Assembly: GCA_949358305.1 (NCBI GenBank)
Contig: OX442314.1
Location: 26,784,001-26,848,000, forward strand
Reading direction: 5' to 3'
From: Strigamia acuminata
Lineage: Eukaryota
Length of the DNA stretch: 64,000 bases
Positions 13,087-26,200 of this stretch are shown here, piece by piece. Position 1 is the first letter of the stretch. Every line of letters begins with the position of its first letter. Below the pieces are notes generated by a model. The model had not been told where the DNA came from, did not search any database, and worked only from the letters and a program-made list of their open reading frames with translations. The translations under genes were made by a program, and so were the position numbers.

Positions 13087-14754
13087 AGAAGCAACCCCCA
13101 TATAGCAACCATACTTGAGCCTTGCCTTGCAATGCTTGGCCAATGAGATTTGCTTGCTTGGGGTTTTTATCTCTCACCCTGTCCCCCCACTCCCCTTCTG
13201 CTCCACCCCTTCCTCTTTAAGACTTTTGCTTCTGACTGACAACACATTCAAAGTGGTCATCCAAGCAACACCATGGAATGGATTGTGGTAAGTTCACTTC
13301 ATTTAGATGAAAATCTTGCTTGGCTAAAATGCTTGCAAAGTTGGACAGGGTTTTGCTCAAACAGTCAAACACACTTGCACACTCCCACCTGCTGCTTAAT
13401 TGCTTTTTCTTCTGTAACAAACTCAATTTTGTGTCATTTTCTTTTTTTAAATGGAGGGAAAAGGAGAAAGTTTTCGTTTGTTGTTGTCATGTTGGAAATT
13501 GAAATTGAAATTGAAGGGAAAATTTAGAATTTTTTAAATTTAGTTAAATATACACAGATATTTTTTGTTTTGTTTAATTATTAATTTGTTTATGGAATTT
13601 AATTTTTTTTTCATTAGAAAATAAATTTAAAAAGGAAAATTATGAGTAATTAATAATTTATGGGTTTTGGAATTTGGATGGAGTTTTATTGTGAGTAATG
13701 TATTGACTTTAAAAATCATGTGTAAGAATTTACAGTGAAGAATTCTATTATTATATTCTTTAATTCATTTAATTCCTTCCTTTTCAAACTAAAATCAATG
13801 GTAAAACCAACCAAAAAAAAAGATCAATGAATGAAATTTAAGTGAATGAAGTTTTTTAAGACTTCATTTTGTTGCCGACAGATGGCCCTATCGTCGTGAA
13901 CTTACTACGGTTTCATGCAGTCTCCAAATGTAACAAAGCGCTACAATTCGCCGAATTCCAGACCACTTGTGAATCATGCTGACGTTAAATGTCTTACACG
14001 GATTGCATTCACAACTGAACTAGAAAATGAGTTGGGGTATTTGTCTCCTTCCAGCATGAAAACTATATATACTTTTATTGTGTTCTCGCTTTACTAGAAC
14101 ACGACTTAAAATGTAGCCGAGCTAAAATAGTCAATTACATCATATTTGCAAACTTTTTAATATAATCGAAACACACAGGACCTCGATAGAGGCCATAATC
14201 AACTCGCACAAAAAGACCGAAATGATTTATACCACCCGGGCCACCCAGTTGGACTTGGCCTCAAACCGCAACCAAGTCCACTAGTTTAAACAGGCCATGC
14301 CACCCCGACATCGGTTAATAAATAAACTAGTACGCTATGCCCCAAAACGCACTCTTTTCACTATAAATTAAACTATTATTCATCTACTTCGTTTCTCTAA
14401 CGGGACACATTTTTTTCCTCTTTTTATTCCTTGTACAACTTGTATTTTTTTTTAATATATATTTTATTTCTGCTCCTCTTTTTACATCATTTTTTCTCTC
14501 AACTTGTGTGGTCTTGGCATATTGGAGATGTGGTTGCTAGGTAACTAATGTAGGGCTAGAGATACGGTAAAATCCACCAATCAGAGCGCAATTGGCCTAC
14601 CCATCAATCATTCCCAAGCTCCACCTCCCGAGCAAGACCCCGGATGATAACATGGACTGCCATCGAAAACCTCACTATGCTCACTCAGTGTGCCGATATC
14701 TTGGATTTGTACACAGTTCAACTAAACTTGTGGGCAATGTATGAAGTATGAATA

Positions 14755-17700
14755 ATGGATAGCTGGTCTAACCCAGCTTTTAAAAATCTAAAGGTGAGTG
14801 CGGGCTCCGGACGTGCAAAAACGACAAAAACAACCATCAAGTGTGGATAACTATTAGCTACACGCTAGTATAGCGCCAACATGGCCTACTAGTTATTTAA
14901 GTAGGAAGTTAAGTTTTAAGCTTTGTTTACGGTTTTACTCATTTCTTTGGTGTTTAAACACGAATATTTACGTTTATCGATGGTAAATGGATGTCCCGCT
15001 TGGGTTATTAGATGAAAATAGTCGATTTATGGTTTCAAATGTGAATTTTTCGTGGTTTATTACATTTATTTATTTATTTTATTTTATTTTTCAGGGATCG
15101 GATAAACTCCGACCTCGCAAATCCTCCAGATCAAAAGAAGATTGGGATTTACTTACTAGGACTAGTTGGCGGGATGCGAAAACTGCACTATCTCAGATTA
15201 ATAAGGTAAGTTCTAGGGCAATTTTTTTTTTTACTGCTTGCTTGTGGTTGTGTGGTCTTGTCTTCTTTTTTTTGGTGGGGCATGTTTATTAAGCATTGTG
15301 ATTGGCTAATTCGTGTCACGTGATTTTGTTTATAGATTGTGATGGGAATTAAACATGGTCGTCTTAATTACTCGCTTCGAATTGATTTTTGGTCGGAAAA
15401 ATTAAATTTGGGGGTTTTAACAGGTGGGATTTGGTGGAAATGGTTTAATTTTGTTGTTGGGATAAATTTTTCATAAGTTTTTTTTAACTATTTTGTTTTG
15501 TTTAATTTAATTTTTTAAAAGTTTTGGTTTTTGTGTTTTGGAAGTTTCACTTCGTGTTTGAATGAAATTCACTCGTGATGATCTTGCTAGCTACCACTTT
15601 GCTTACGTCATTTTGCAAATTTCTGGCCGTGTGCCAGCCTTGACGACCACCCGCAGTTTCTTCCTGTCTTTAATCCTTTGAATACTATTTTTTTACACTT
15701 TTTATCTGGCAAAAATGCTGATCACAGTTTTGTTTACATTTTTTTTTTACATTGCAACATTACATGATGCAATTCATGTCATTTTTATCAATTTTCAAGT
15801 GGAATTGGATCAATTCCATGGTCAACCTGAACTAAATTTTCTTTTTTAATCCATTTAAAAAAAAATCCTTACAATACTTTTTATTTATTTATTTATTTTT
15901 TATTTTTTAGGGCAAAGCAACAGGGAACAAGGCAGCTCTATGGCTCAGAAGTAAACTCCAGTGTCATCTTTATAAGTTGGGATGTTTCATTCAAAAAAAC
16001 GCGGGAAAAGTCCTTTTTGTTGGTTTATTAGTTCTTTCAACATTCTGCGTGGGATTAAAATCTGCAACTGTTGAAACTGACATAGAAAAATTATGGATTG
16101 AAGGTAAAAATCGATTTATTTATCCATCCATTTATTTCTTCCTAATCTTACATAACATGAGGTGTATTCAATGGACACAAGTAAATTTCTATCCAAGTTT
16201 GTATTTTTTTTTGTTATTAGAAACTCATGAACTTTGACTTGGACAAAATGCCTGGAGGTTCAAGGGTGTGTAGTGACCCATAAGATTCCATTTATGGATA
16301 TTTCCAAACACATTTAAGTGGGTTGCAGCTTGATTATACAGAATAAATGTATATGTAAGGCTAAGCAGTGTCTTGCAACCCATAAGATAAGGGCCATTGA
16401 ATATAATTGTGTTTAAACTTAAACTTAAATTAAAAAATAAGAAACGCAAGATCTTGGATTAATTTTTTAGTTTTTGGGTGCGAACAACAATTTGCAGCAG
16501 GGCTGGACTGAGTACAAATTTAGTACCGGGAAATCTGGATGGATCGGGCCACAGGGACAGACTACGGTGGGCCAGGGACGGGCCACAAGTCACCGGGAAA
16601 TTCCCTGCCGGGCCAGTCCAGCAGTAGCTGCATTGAAAAATTAAAATAACAATTTTAGTTTACGTGTGTTTTAAGTTTAAACGTGGGTTTAAACAGGAAA
16701 TGATGTCATTTTTGGTTTAAAATTGAAGTAAAACACAAAATATTTTAGTTTTTGAATGCAGCTACCGATTTGCGGCATTGTAAACTAGCCTTTAACGTTA
16801 ACGTGAAGTTTTTTGTTTGTGACGCAAGAACTAGTGGGTTTCGGCATCCCTTGAAGAAATGATAATTTACAAATATGGTTCAGGTATTTCTCTTGTGGTT
16901 TAATTCAGACTTGTTGAATGAATGAAACTCTCAGTGAGCTAATTCAGGAAATACTACACTCATGAAATAAAGATAAACAAGTTTATTTTTAAACTTGATC
17001 ATAAGTATGGTGGTAACAAATTGTATCATTAATCCACTCTGAGCCACGAAAAATGAATTAATTTCCGGTGATTTTTTGCTAGTTGGGACATAACTCATCC
17101 ACCTAGTGGGAGATGTCGGTTTTATTAAGACAATTTGATGTGTTATTCCAGGAATAATGCAGGAAATAGCCGAGGAAGATTGAGATATCAAAGTGTCAGC
17201 ATGGAGCACCCTGCTGACAGCTCGTTGCATTAGTGGAGAAATTTCTAAACGAATTCTATAAGATTGGATATAGAAAATGTGTGGTGTGAAGTGTTTGGGA
17301 GAGAAATGTGAGAAAAGTTTGAAAAATTCCTTTTGACAGAAACCGGAAATTTGTAATAAAGTTGTAAAGCGGCATCTGGCGGCGATTAATTTTTATGGAT
17401 TATAAAGGTTGGTTTTCGGTGACACGCCATCTTTTTAGCGAGTGAAAAGAAGGGGAGAATGCGGCATAAGGAGCCGGGGAATAAAATCATCTTTTCTCTT
17501 GACAGCTCATACAAATAGCTATTCATCTAGGTGGCAGGGAGTGGCTGAAGGCCCACCTTCCACGCTCTGNNNNNNNNNNNNNNNNNNNNNNNNNNNNNNN
17601 NNNNNNNNNNNNNNNNNNNNNNNNNNNNNNNNNNNNNNNNNNNNNNNNNNNNNNNNNNNNNNNNNNNNNNNNNNNNNNNNNNNNNNNNNNNNNNNNNNNN

Positions 17701-20188
17701 NNNNNNNNNNNNNNNNNNNNNNNNNNNNNNNNNNNNNNNNNNNNNNNNNNNNNNNNNNNNNNNNNNNNNTTGGCTGGCCCAGGGTCCATGATGAACATTG
17801 TCTTCAACTTGAGGCACTTGTGGCTCTTCAAAAGCATTAAATATGGTTGGAAAAAAGTTGTTTACCTCAATGAAATTCAACAAACAAGCTGTTTTTTCCT
17901 CACTTTATTAAATACTAGAGAAAAAAGGGGGAAATTTATGGACATTTTTCGCGATGAATGTGAATTTTTTAATGGGTGGTGATAAAATTTGCGACTAAAT
18001 GTGGTGGAAACGGCAACAATTTGAGGTTAAAGTTGGTTTAGATGCTGGAAAAAGTGTTTAAGGATAGTAAGAGAGAGAATTTTGAGTGTTGACTGGCCTC
18101 AGGGTCATGCAATGGCAATGTGTGTGGTCTGATGTGGAGGTTTCCCTTTGGGCCAGGCTGACCTCACTAGTCCACTGCAGGAAACAAAGAACCAAGCCTG
18201 TCTTGGCGTTGCAAACCCCCTCATCCCTCTTTTTCTTCTAGTTTTAGAGCGGTTTTTCTAATTTATGGCTACTCATTATCAGAAAATTGGTGCTAGAATT
18301 GGAATTTCGAATAATTGTTTTTTTTTGTTTTTTGTTTTGTTTTTGTAAATTATTTTTTATTTATTTTTATTTATTTTTATTTATTTTTTTGATTTTTTTG
18401 TTTTGCAGAAGATGGCAGGTTAGAGAAAGAAATGGAATATATCAGGAAAAACTTGGGAGATGGAGCGTGGGACTCGAATCAAATCATACTGCATTTACCC
18501 AAGCAGGATGGAGCGAATGTATTGCATGTGGATTCCATGTTGGCCCACCTTGATGCAGTTTTGGCCGCCACTCAGGTTCACGTGGAGATGTTTGACGCGT
18601 AAGTGCACTCGAGGTTTTTCCGAGGGAATTGTTTTACGATACTGTAAATGCGGGCATCTAACACTGTTTATTAGCGATGTTTTTGTTGATGAATTCGAAC
18701 AAAAATAGTGCATTTTTATGGTATTTTCTTTTTTCTCGCGTTTTAAACGGCGTGTCTCGATATAACGTAAAAATGGCGGCCGATTTACTTTTCAGTCGGA
18801 GTGGGCACGCGCGCGAAATAACGATATAACGAATTTTTTCGATATAACGATTTTTTTTTCAATATAACGAATTTTTTCAACACAACGAATTTTTTCAACA
18901 CAGCGAATTTTTTCAATATAACGAATATTTTCGATATAACGAATTTTTTCAACATGACGAATTTTTTCAATATTACGAATTTTTTCAACATAACGAATTT
19001 TTTCAACACAACGAATTTTTTCAACACAACGAATTTTTTCAACATGACGAATTTTTTCAATATTACGAATTTTTTCAACATAACGAATTTTTTCAACACA
19101 ACGAATTTTTTCAACACAACGAATTTTTTCAACACAACGAATTTTTTCAATATAACGAATTTTTTTGATATAACGAATTTTTCGATATAACGAATTTTTT
19201 CAACATGAATTTTTTCAATATTACGAATTTTTTCAACATAACGAATTTTTTCAACATGACGAATTTTTTCAATATAACGAATTTTTACGATATAACGAAT
19301 TTTTTCGATATAACGAATTTTTTGTTACAAATATTTAAAAATGACTCGGTTGGTTGGTTGGCCGTCGGACACCACGTTAAAAAAAAACTGATAAAACGAA
19401 CTTTCGTTATAACGAAGCGATGTTTTGGGTTTCTTGCGATTTGTTTGTGTCCCATTCGAGAATTAGTTTAATTAGGTCCAGTCCTGAGCATGCGCGGCCC
19501 ACAAACTGTGGAAATAAGAGGATTTGAAAGCAGTGTTGCGTGCGATTTTAATATTTATCATCAAATCTGCTTATCACATGTTGCACGTGTGAAAGGGAAC
19601 CGAAGCAAGACGAAAATGTTGAAAAAAGGAGGAGGAAAAAAAAGGCGAAGTTTGGCATTTCTCGCGCTAATTAAGACGTTAAAACCCATGATGCAACACG
19701 CTGAGAATTAAGTTAAGATGGCCATCCGCAGCTCCTGAGGCGGGAACACAATTCTGAAGGCTAATGATACCTCTCTCACTCATTCATTAGACATACTAAA
19801 AGGTTAAACGGTGTTGGAGTCTGCACGCAAACTGCTCGCAGTCATTTTTGTTTTGTTCCATCGGCTAAAGAATGTGTAATTTCGCTCTCTTCTTTTCCTC
19901 TGATTATTTATTCTTGATATTGAAATGATTTCTGGGGGTGGGCCTTTGTTCTTGACGGTATGGCCTGCGCGGAGACCACCCTGCAGTGAATAGGAATTAG
20001 GAAATGGGTTTGCAAAGGTCTGCAAGAGTACAAGACTAGGTGGGTTTTTAAGGAGGTCTGCATGCGTGTAGACTAGTTGCAGCAAGGGATTACATGGGTT
20101 TTTTTATTTTTTATTTTTTTTTTATTTGGAGGGACTATGGGGGTTTTGTTTGGGGTTTACTCCTTTGGTTTGGGGGTTTGGGGTTGTG

Positions 20189-20224
<36 letters not shown>

Positions 20225-23200
20225 GGTTTTTTTTTTTTTTTTTTTTTTTTTGTGGTTGGGTGGTTGGGGGGGTTTGTGAGGGAGGTATTGTGTGGTGTTT
20301 TTGTTTTTGTTGGTGGTGATTTTTAATGGGTTTGGTTCGAGGAAGTTGGTTAGGATGGTTGGGAATCTTGGGATTGTGGAGAGGTGATGGGAATGGTTGG
20401 TGGGGTGAGTTGGATTTTTGGGTTTTGGTTGGGTTTTGAGAATTTTTTTGGGTTTTGGATTTGGTTTTTTTGGTGTTTTGAGGAGGTTTTGATGCATTTT
20501 GGCGAAATTGGTGGAAATTTATGATAAATCTTTACAATATGTGAGAAATTTAAGATAAATCTTTACAAAATCTGAGAAATTTAGGATAAATCTTTGCAAA
20601 ATCTGAGAAATTTAGGATAAATCTTTACAAAATCTGAGAAATTTATGATAAATCTTTACAAAATCTGAGAATTTTATGATAAATCTTTACAAAATCTGAA
20701 AAATTTATGATAAATCTCTACAAAATCTGAGAAATTTATGATAAATCTTTACAAAATCTGAGAAATTTATGATAAATCTTTACAAAATCTGAGAATTTTA
20801 TGATAAATCTTTACAAAACCTGAAAAATTTATGATAAATCTTTACAAAATCTGAGACAATTATGATAAATCTTTACAAAATCTGAGAAATTTATGATAAA
20901 TCTTTACAAAATCTGAGAAATTTATGATAAATCTTTACAAAATCTGAGAAATTTATGATAAATCTTTACAAAATCTGAGAAATTTATGACAAATCTTTAC
21001 AAAATCTGAGAATTTTATGATAAATCTCTACAAACCTGCATAAAATTCCCGAAATTTTAATAAATCTATACAAAATTATAGAAATTTTGGTATTTTGGTA
21101 CATGATATTGATAAATCTCCACAAATTACAACAAAACTTGAGAAACTTCAAAAAAAAAAAACTTTAATTTCCAAAAATCTTTGCCAAACACACCAAACCT
21201 CTCTCCAAAAACCCCAAAATCCAAACTCCCAAACCACAAAACCCGACCCACCACTCACAATCCCTTTGAAATCCCCAAAAGCCGACCATTCTCATAACCA
21301 ATCCCAAATATTTAACCAGCACTCAACGTCTATTTAAATCACCAAAAACCGATTTCCTCTCCATCCTCAACCGACAGCCCAGTCAAATAACTTTCTGCAC
21401 AGTAATGTTTACACAATTAAACCAACAAAATCCATTTCCAAAATTTTTTTCTCTTTTTTTCCATCTTTATATAATTTATTTTTATAAAAAAAAACCAAGA
21501 ATGCCAAGAATGTGTTGCGACATTGTACACTGGCAGTGTTGTTGCGTAGTAGTTGTGTGGTCCGCAGCTGAAACGTTGTCAGGGGTCGAATCCCACGACA
21601 GTCTCGGTTTCTACCTCGTGCATAGACATAACACTCGCATTGTTTTCAATTAGGGGCTTCGAAGTTTGAGTTTGTTTGCTGTTTACCACCTTGGCACCCA
21701 TGTGCTTGACACATGTGTTGAAAAAAAAATTTGCCAGAAAAATTTTAAAACGTTGAAATTGGATGTAAACTGAGTGACAAGTGATTAGATGGAAGTTTTT
21801 AAAACGGGGGTGAAGAAAAAAGTGTTTGAAATTTTTTTTTTTTGGTGCAAAATGGTTCCTCATGTGAGGGAAAAATGTGATGAATTGAGAAAACGTGGTT
21901 TCTGTCAACACTTTGCTTCATTTGCTGCTTTATTTTGGTCGTAATGATTTTTTTTAAATGTTTTCTTTTTGTTTTTTATTTATTTTAGGGTTTGGAAATT
22001 GAAGGATCTTTGCGTGTCACCAACTTATCCTGCTTTTGAAGATGGGGCCTTGGAACAAGTGAGTTAAATTGGAATTTTGGAATTTTTATTTATTTTATTT
22101 TATTCATTTATTTATTTTTTATTTAATTTTGTAGATATTTGAAAAGTTGATGCCATGTGCCATTATAACTCCGTTGGATTGCTTTTGGGAAGGATCGAGA
22201 GTTGTCGGACCGGATTACCCGATACAAATACCGTAAGTTTGGATCCTTGTTTGTTTGGTTAATTTAAGCGGATTTATTTTTGTGTTTACCGAAAATTTTA
22301 TTTTCTTGTCCAAAATGGCAGTTTATTGCAGAAAAAAAACATTTATTTTGTCTAAAATTACAGTTTTATGCATAAAAATACATTTATTTTGTCTAAAATT
22401 GTGGGTTTATGCATAAAAATGCATTTATTTTGTCCAAAATTGCTGTTTTATGCACAAAAAAACATTTATTTTGTCTAAAATTGAAGTTTTCTGCATAAAA
22501 ATGCATTTATTTTGTCCAAAATTGAAGTTTTCTGCATAAAAATGCATTTATTTTGTCCAAAATTGAAGTTTTATGCATAAAAATACATTTATTTTGTCCA
22601 AAATTGCAGTTTTATGCACAAAAATACATTAATTTTGTCTAAAATTGCAGTTTGCTGTATAAAAATTACAGTTTTTGGGCAAAATGAACATTTTTTTTTG
22701 TCTAAAAGTACATTTTTCTGCCTATAAATGCCTTATCTTTGTTAAAAATAACAACATTCTGCCTAAATTATATGAAAATAAATTTTTAGAACTCTAAATT
22801 TGCATATTTCTGCCTAAAAATTACATTTATCATCATCAAAAAAACTTGAGTTTTTTCATTAAATATAAAAAAAAGTATAAAAAAAAATAAAACAGCAATC
22901 ATTGACTAAAATGCTTGTGTCATGGAAATAGTGGGTACATTGCAACTTGAGTTGTAGCAGAAAAAAATGGCGGTGGAGCTTCTGTGGCGACCACCCACTT
23001 AGAGGAGAGCAGCTGTGTGTCATTGTGTGCAAAACCCAGTGGCACTTGCTGTTTCAAAAGGGTTATAAAGCCCTCGAAATATTCAAATAAAATGAATTAA
23101 CATTCCATTTTCATGCGACATTTCCCAACATAAAAATAAAAAAAAATAAAAATAAATTTAAAATAATTTTTTGTTAAAACATTCAGTGTTGGAGATAGTA

Positions 23201-26200
23201 AGTAAGTAAACAGTTTTGGGTGTGTAGTAGGAATGAAGGGGAGGGGAAGCGAGTAGGGGTTGGGGGTAAAGGAGAAATAGAGGAAATGGTTCCCACCAGA
23301 GAGGAAGTAGGGGTTGAAGGGGGGAGTCCCATAGGGGGTGATTGGTTGAGGAGATTCCCTGCTGTTGGACATGGAAGGTGGGCTGTGTCAGATTTGTCAC
23401 TTGTGATGTCTCTTTTGCAGACAGGCGCATTTTTCAGGTTTAGTGAATGTCCATTTTTTTTTTTTTTTTTTTTTTTGGTTTTCTTAAAAAAATTTTGGAA
23501 AAAATTGATTTGATTATTTTTATTTATTTCAGTCAGTGGCATGGTGGACCGGTTCAGTGGAGCAATTTAAACCCAATGGAACTATTAAAACTAATGAAAT
23601 TGACATTTACATCACCATCAGATTCAATTGAGTCGTTCATGAAAAGAGTAAGTTTTTTTTGGGGGGGGTTTTGGGGTTTGGAAGGGTCTTAAGTGTTTAT
23701 TCTAGTTCTATTCAATTTCTATAGAATGGAAATTCCATGCGTTCCACTTGCTTGCTTTTCAATCCTCTTAGATTTTATACTCTCTTTTTTCTTTCTTTCT
23801 TCTTTGAAGGTTTAGATGATGAAGGAATTTTTTTTGATTTATTTTTTTTTTATGTTTACTTATCCACTTTATCTCACCCCTCTTCTTTTAAATCCAGTTT
23901 AGGGGGAATTAATTTAATTCCAATTTATCTTTACGGATGTTTTTATTCGTTCGGACAACTTGACAGACGTCGTAGAAAAAATTAAAATTTTTAATAAAAT
24001 GAAATATAAACTAAATCGCGCCACGAGCCGATTGATCCACCGCTCGGAGTTGTAACAAACTTATTTTTTTGTAATTTATTAAGGCCGGCGTGACGACCGC
24101 GTATCAAGAAAAGCCGTGTCTCAATCCATTGGACCCCGAGTGCCCCAATACGGCTCCGAACAAGAAGTCGAAATCGGTAAGTGCAAACAACGGCGAAGTT
24201 AAAAGGGAAATTGGCATAAAATGTGAGCTAAACTTGTTTCTGGAAAAAATAAAAGCGGGGAAGACTGCATCAAATACATCATGGCACCGTGAAATGGACC
24301 CATGACAGGCGTAGCCAGTGCTGGGCACAGGAAGGGAACACACTGAAGGGCTGGTGCCATGAAAAGGCTAAAAGTTTGGCGTCGGGATCTTTTGATGTCT
24401 TTTTCGACATTCCAAAAGAGGCTTTAGAAATGGTAACCGAGAAAGATTGAGTTTGAAAAAGGTGAATGACAGGGGGGGAGAGGGGGGAAGGTGAGATCTG
24501 AGACAGCAAATTGAAATCAAAAGTCACTTTAAAGTTGTGTCTCAATGAATCAATAGTGGGTAATGTGGGAAAGCAGAACTAAAGGGGGGAAAATCTTGGA
24601 TTTAAAGAAAAATTTAAGCTATAGAAATCCAACAACCAAACACCAAAGTTGATCCTCACCAAAGATTTATCACATTCTGAAGAAATTTTCTACACATTTG
24701 ATCAGATTTGATTGGAAATCGATTAAATTTGATCAGATTTGATTGAAAATCGATTAAATTTGATCAGATTTAATTGAAAATCGGTTAAATTTGATCAGAT
24801 TTAATTGAAAATCGGTTAAATTTGATCAGATTTAATTGAAAATCGATTAAATTTGATCAGATTTAATTGAAAATCGGTTAAATTTGATCAGATTTAATTG
24901 AAAATCGGTTAAATTTGATCAGATTTGATTGAAAATCGATTAAATTTGATCAGATTTGATGGAAAATCGGTTAAATTTGATCAGATTTGATTAAAACTCG
25001 ATTAAATTTGATCAGATTTGATTAAATTTGATCAGATTTGATTAAATTTGATCAGATTTGATTAAATTTGATCAGATTTGATTAAATTTGATCAGATTTG
25101 ATTAAAAATCGATTAAATTTGATCACATTTGATTGAAAATCGATTAAATTTCATCAGATTTGATTGAAAACCTTTGAAATTTTATCAGATTTGATTGAAA
25201 ACCTTTGAAATTTGATGAGATTTAATTGAAAACCTTTGAAATTCGATCAGATTTAATTGAAAACCTTTGAAATTCGATCAGATTTAATTGAAAACCTTTG
25301 AAATTCGATCAGATTTGATTGAAATCCCATGAAATTTTATTCGCTCTTGTCGATTCGCTGTAGCACATTTGGACCGTAGCCGAATTACACGGTTTTATAT
25401 TGGATTTTGATTTGTCCATTGAAACCCCACGTTGTTGGTGACCCAAGAGCGAGAGAGTCTTAAGATAGGGGACAGTTATGGGGTTGTTGCCTGGAATTTT
25501 AAGTTCCAGGCTACAAGTATTAAAGCCAGAACCAGTTTGCAGCCTTATTTACTGATAGTGTTTTGACACTTGCTTAGAAGAGTTACATTTTTCACTCATT
25601 TCCACTCCATATTTAATATTTACGCATTTATTTTTCCAGCTACCAGATGTTTCCGCCGAACTAAATGGTGGATGCAAAGGTGTGGCGGCGCGCTACATGC
25701 ATTGGCCGGAGGAATTGATCGTTGGCGGCGTGAAAAAAAACAGAACTGGACACATAATGAGGTAATAAAACGAATACATCCTGTTGCATTCAAATTACTA
25801 ATCCTTTTAACATTTGCTTAATTGATGATTGCAGAGCCGAAGCCATTCAGACGATTATTCCATTAATGGGCGAGCGACAGATGCACGTGTTTTGGAAGGA
25901 TAATTATAAAGTTCACAATATTAATTGGAACGAAGAGAAGGCGAAGGAGATCATCGAGACGTGGCAGAGGAAGTTTGCGAGCGAGGTGCAGAAACACGTG
26001 GCTGTGTCGAATGTGACGCGCCATCAGCGGATTACTGCGTTTTCGACGACTTCGCTGTCGGATATTTTGAGGGATTTTTCCGAGGTTAATGTCACGAAAA
26101 TTGTGTTGGGGTATTTATTTATGGTAAGTTTGTTGTTGTTGTTATTTTTTTTTTTTAGGGGTTTTAATTTTGGTATTGTTTTCAGCTTATTTATACGTGC

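Noticed and set aside
17442..17883. ORFs containing X runs
   Set aside because: They span the 200-N assembly gap.
18785..19471. Repetitive ORFs (KKFVVL)n and (TNFFN)n; also 11708-11962
   Set aside because: Translations of tandem repeats inside or upstream of ptc, with no coding evidence.
20077..20497. Poly-Phe and poly-Lys ORFs
   Set aside because: Artefacts of T homopolymers and G/T-skewed low-complexity DNA.
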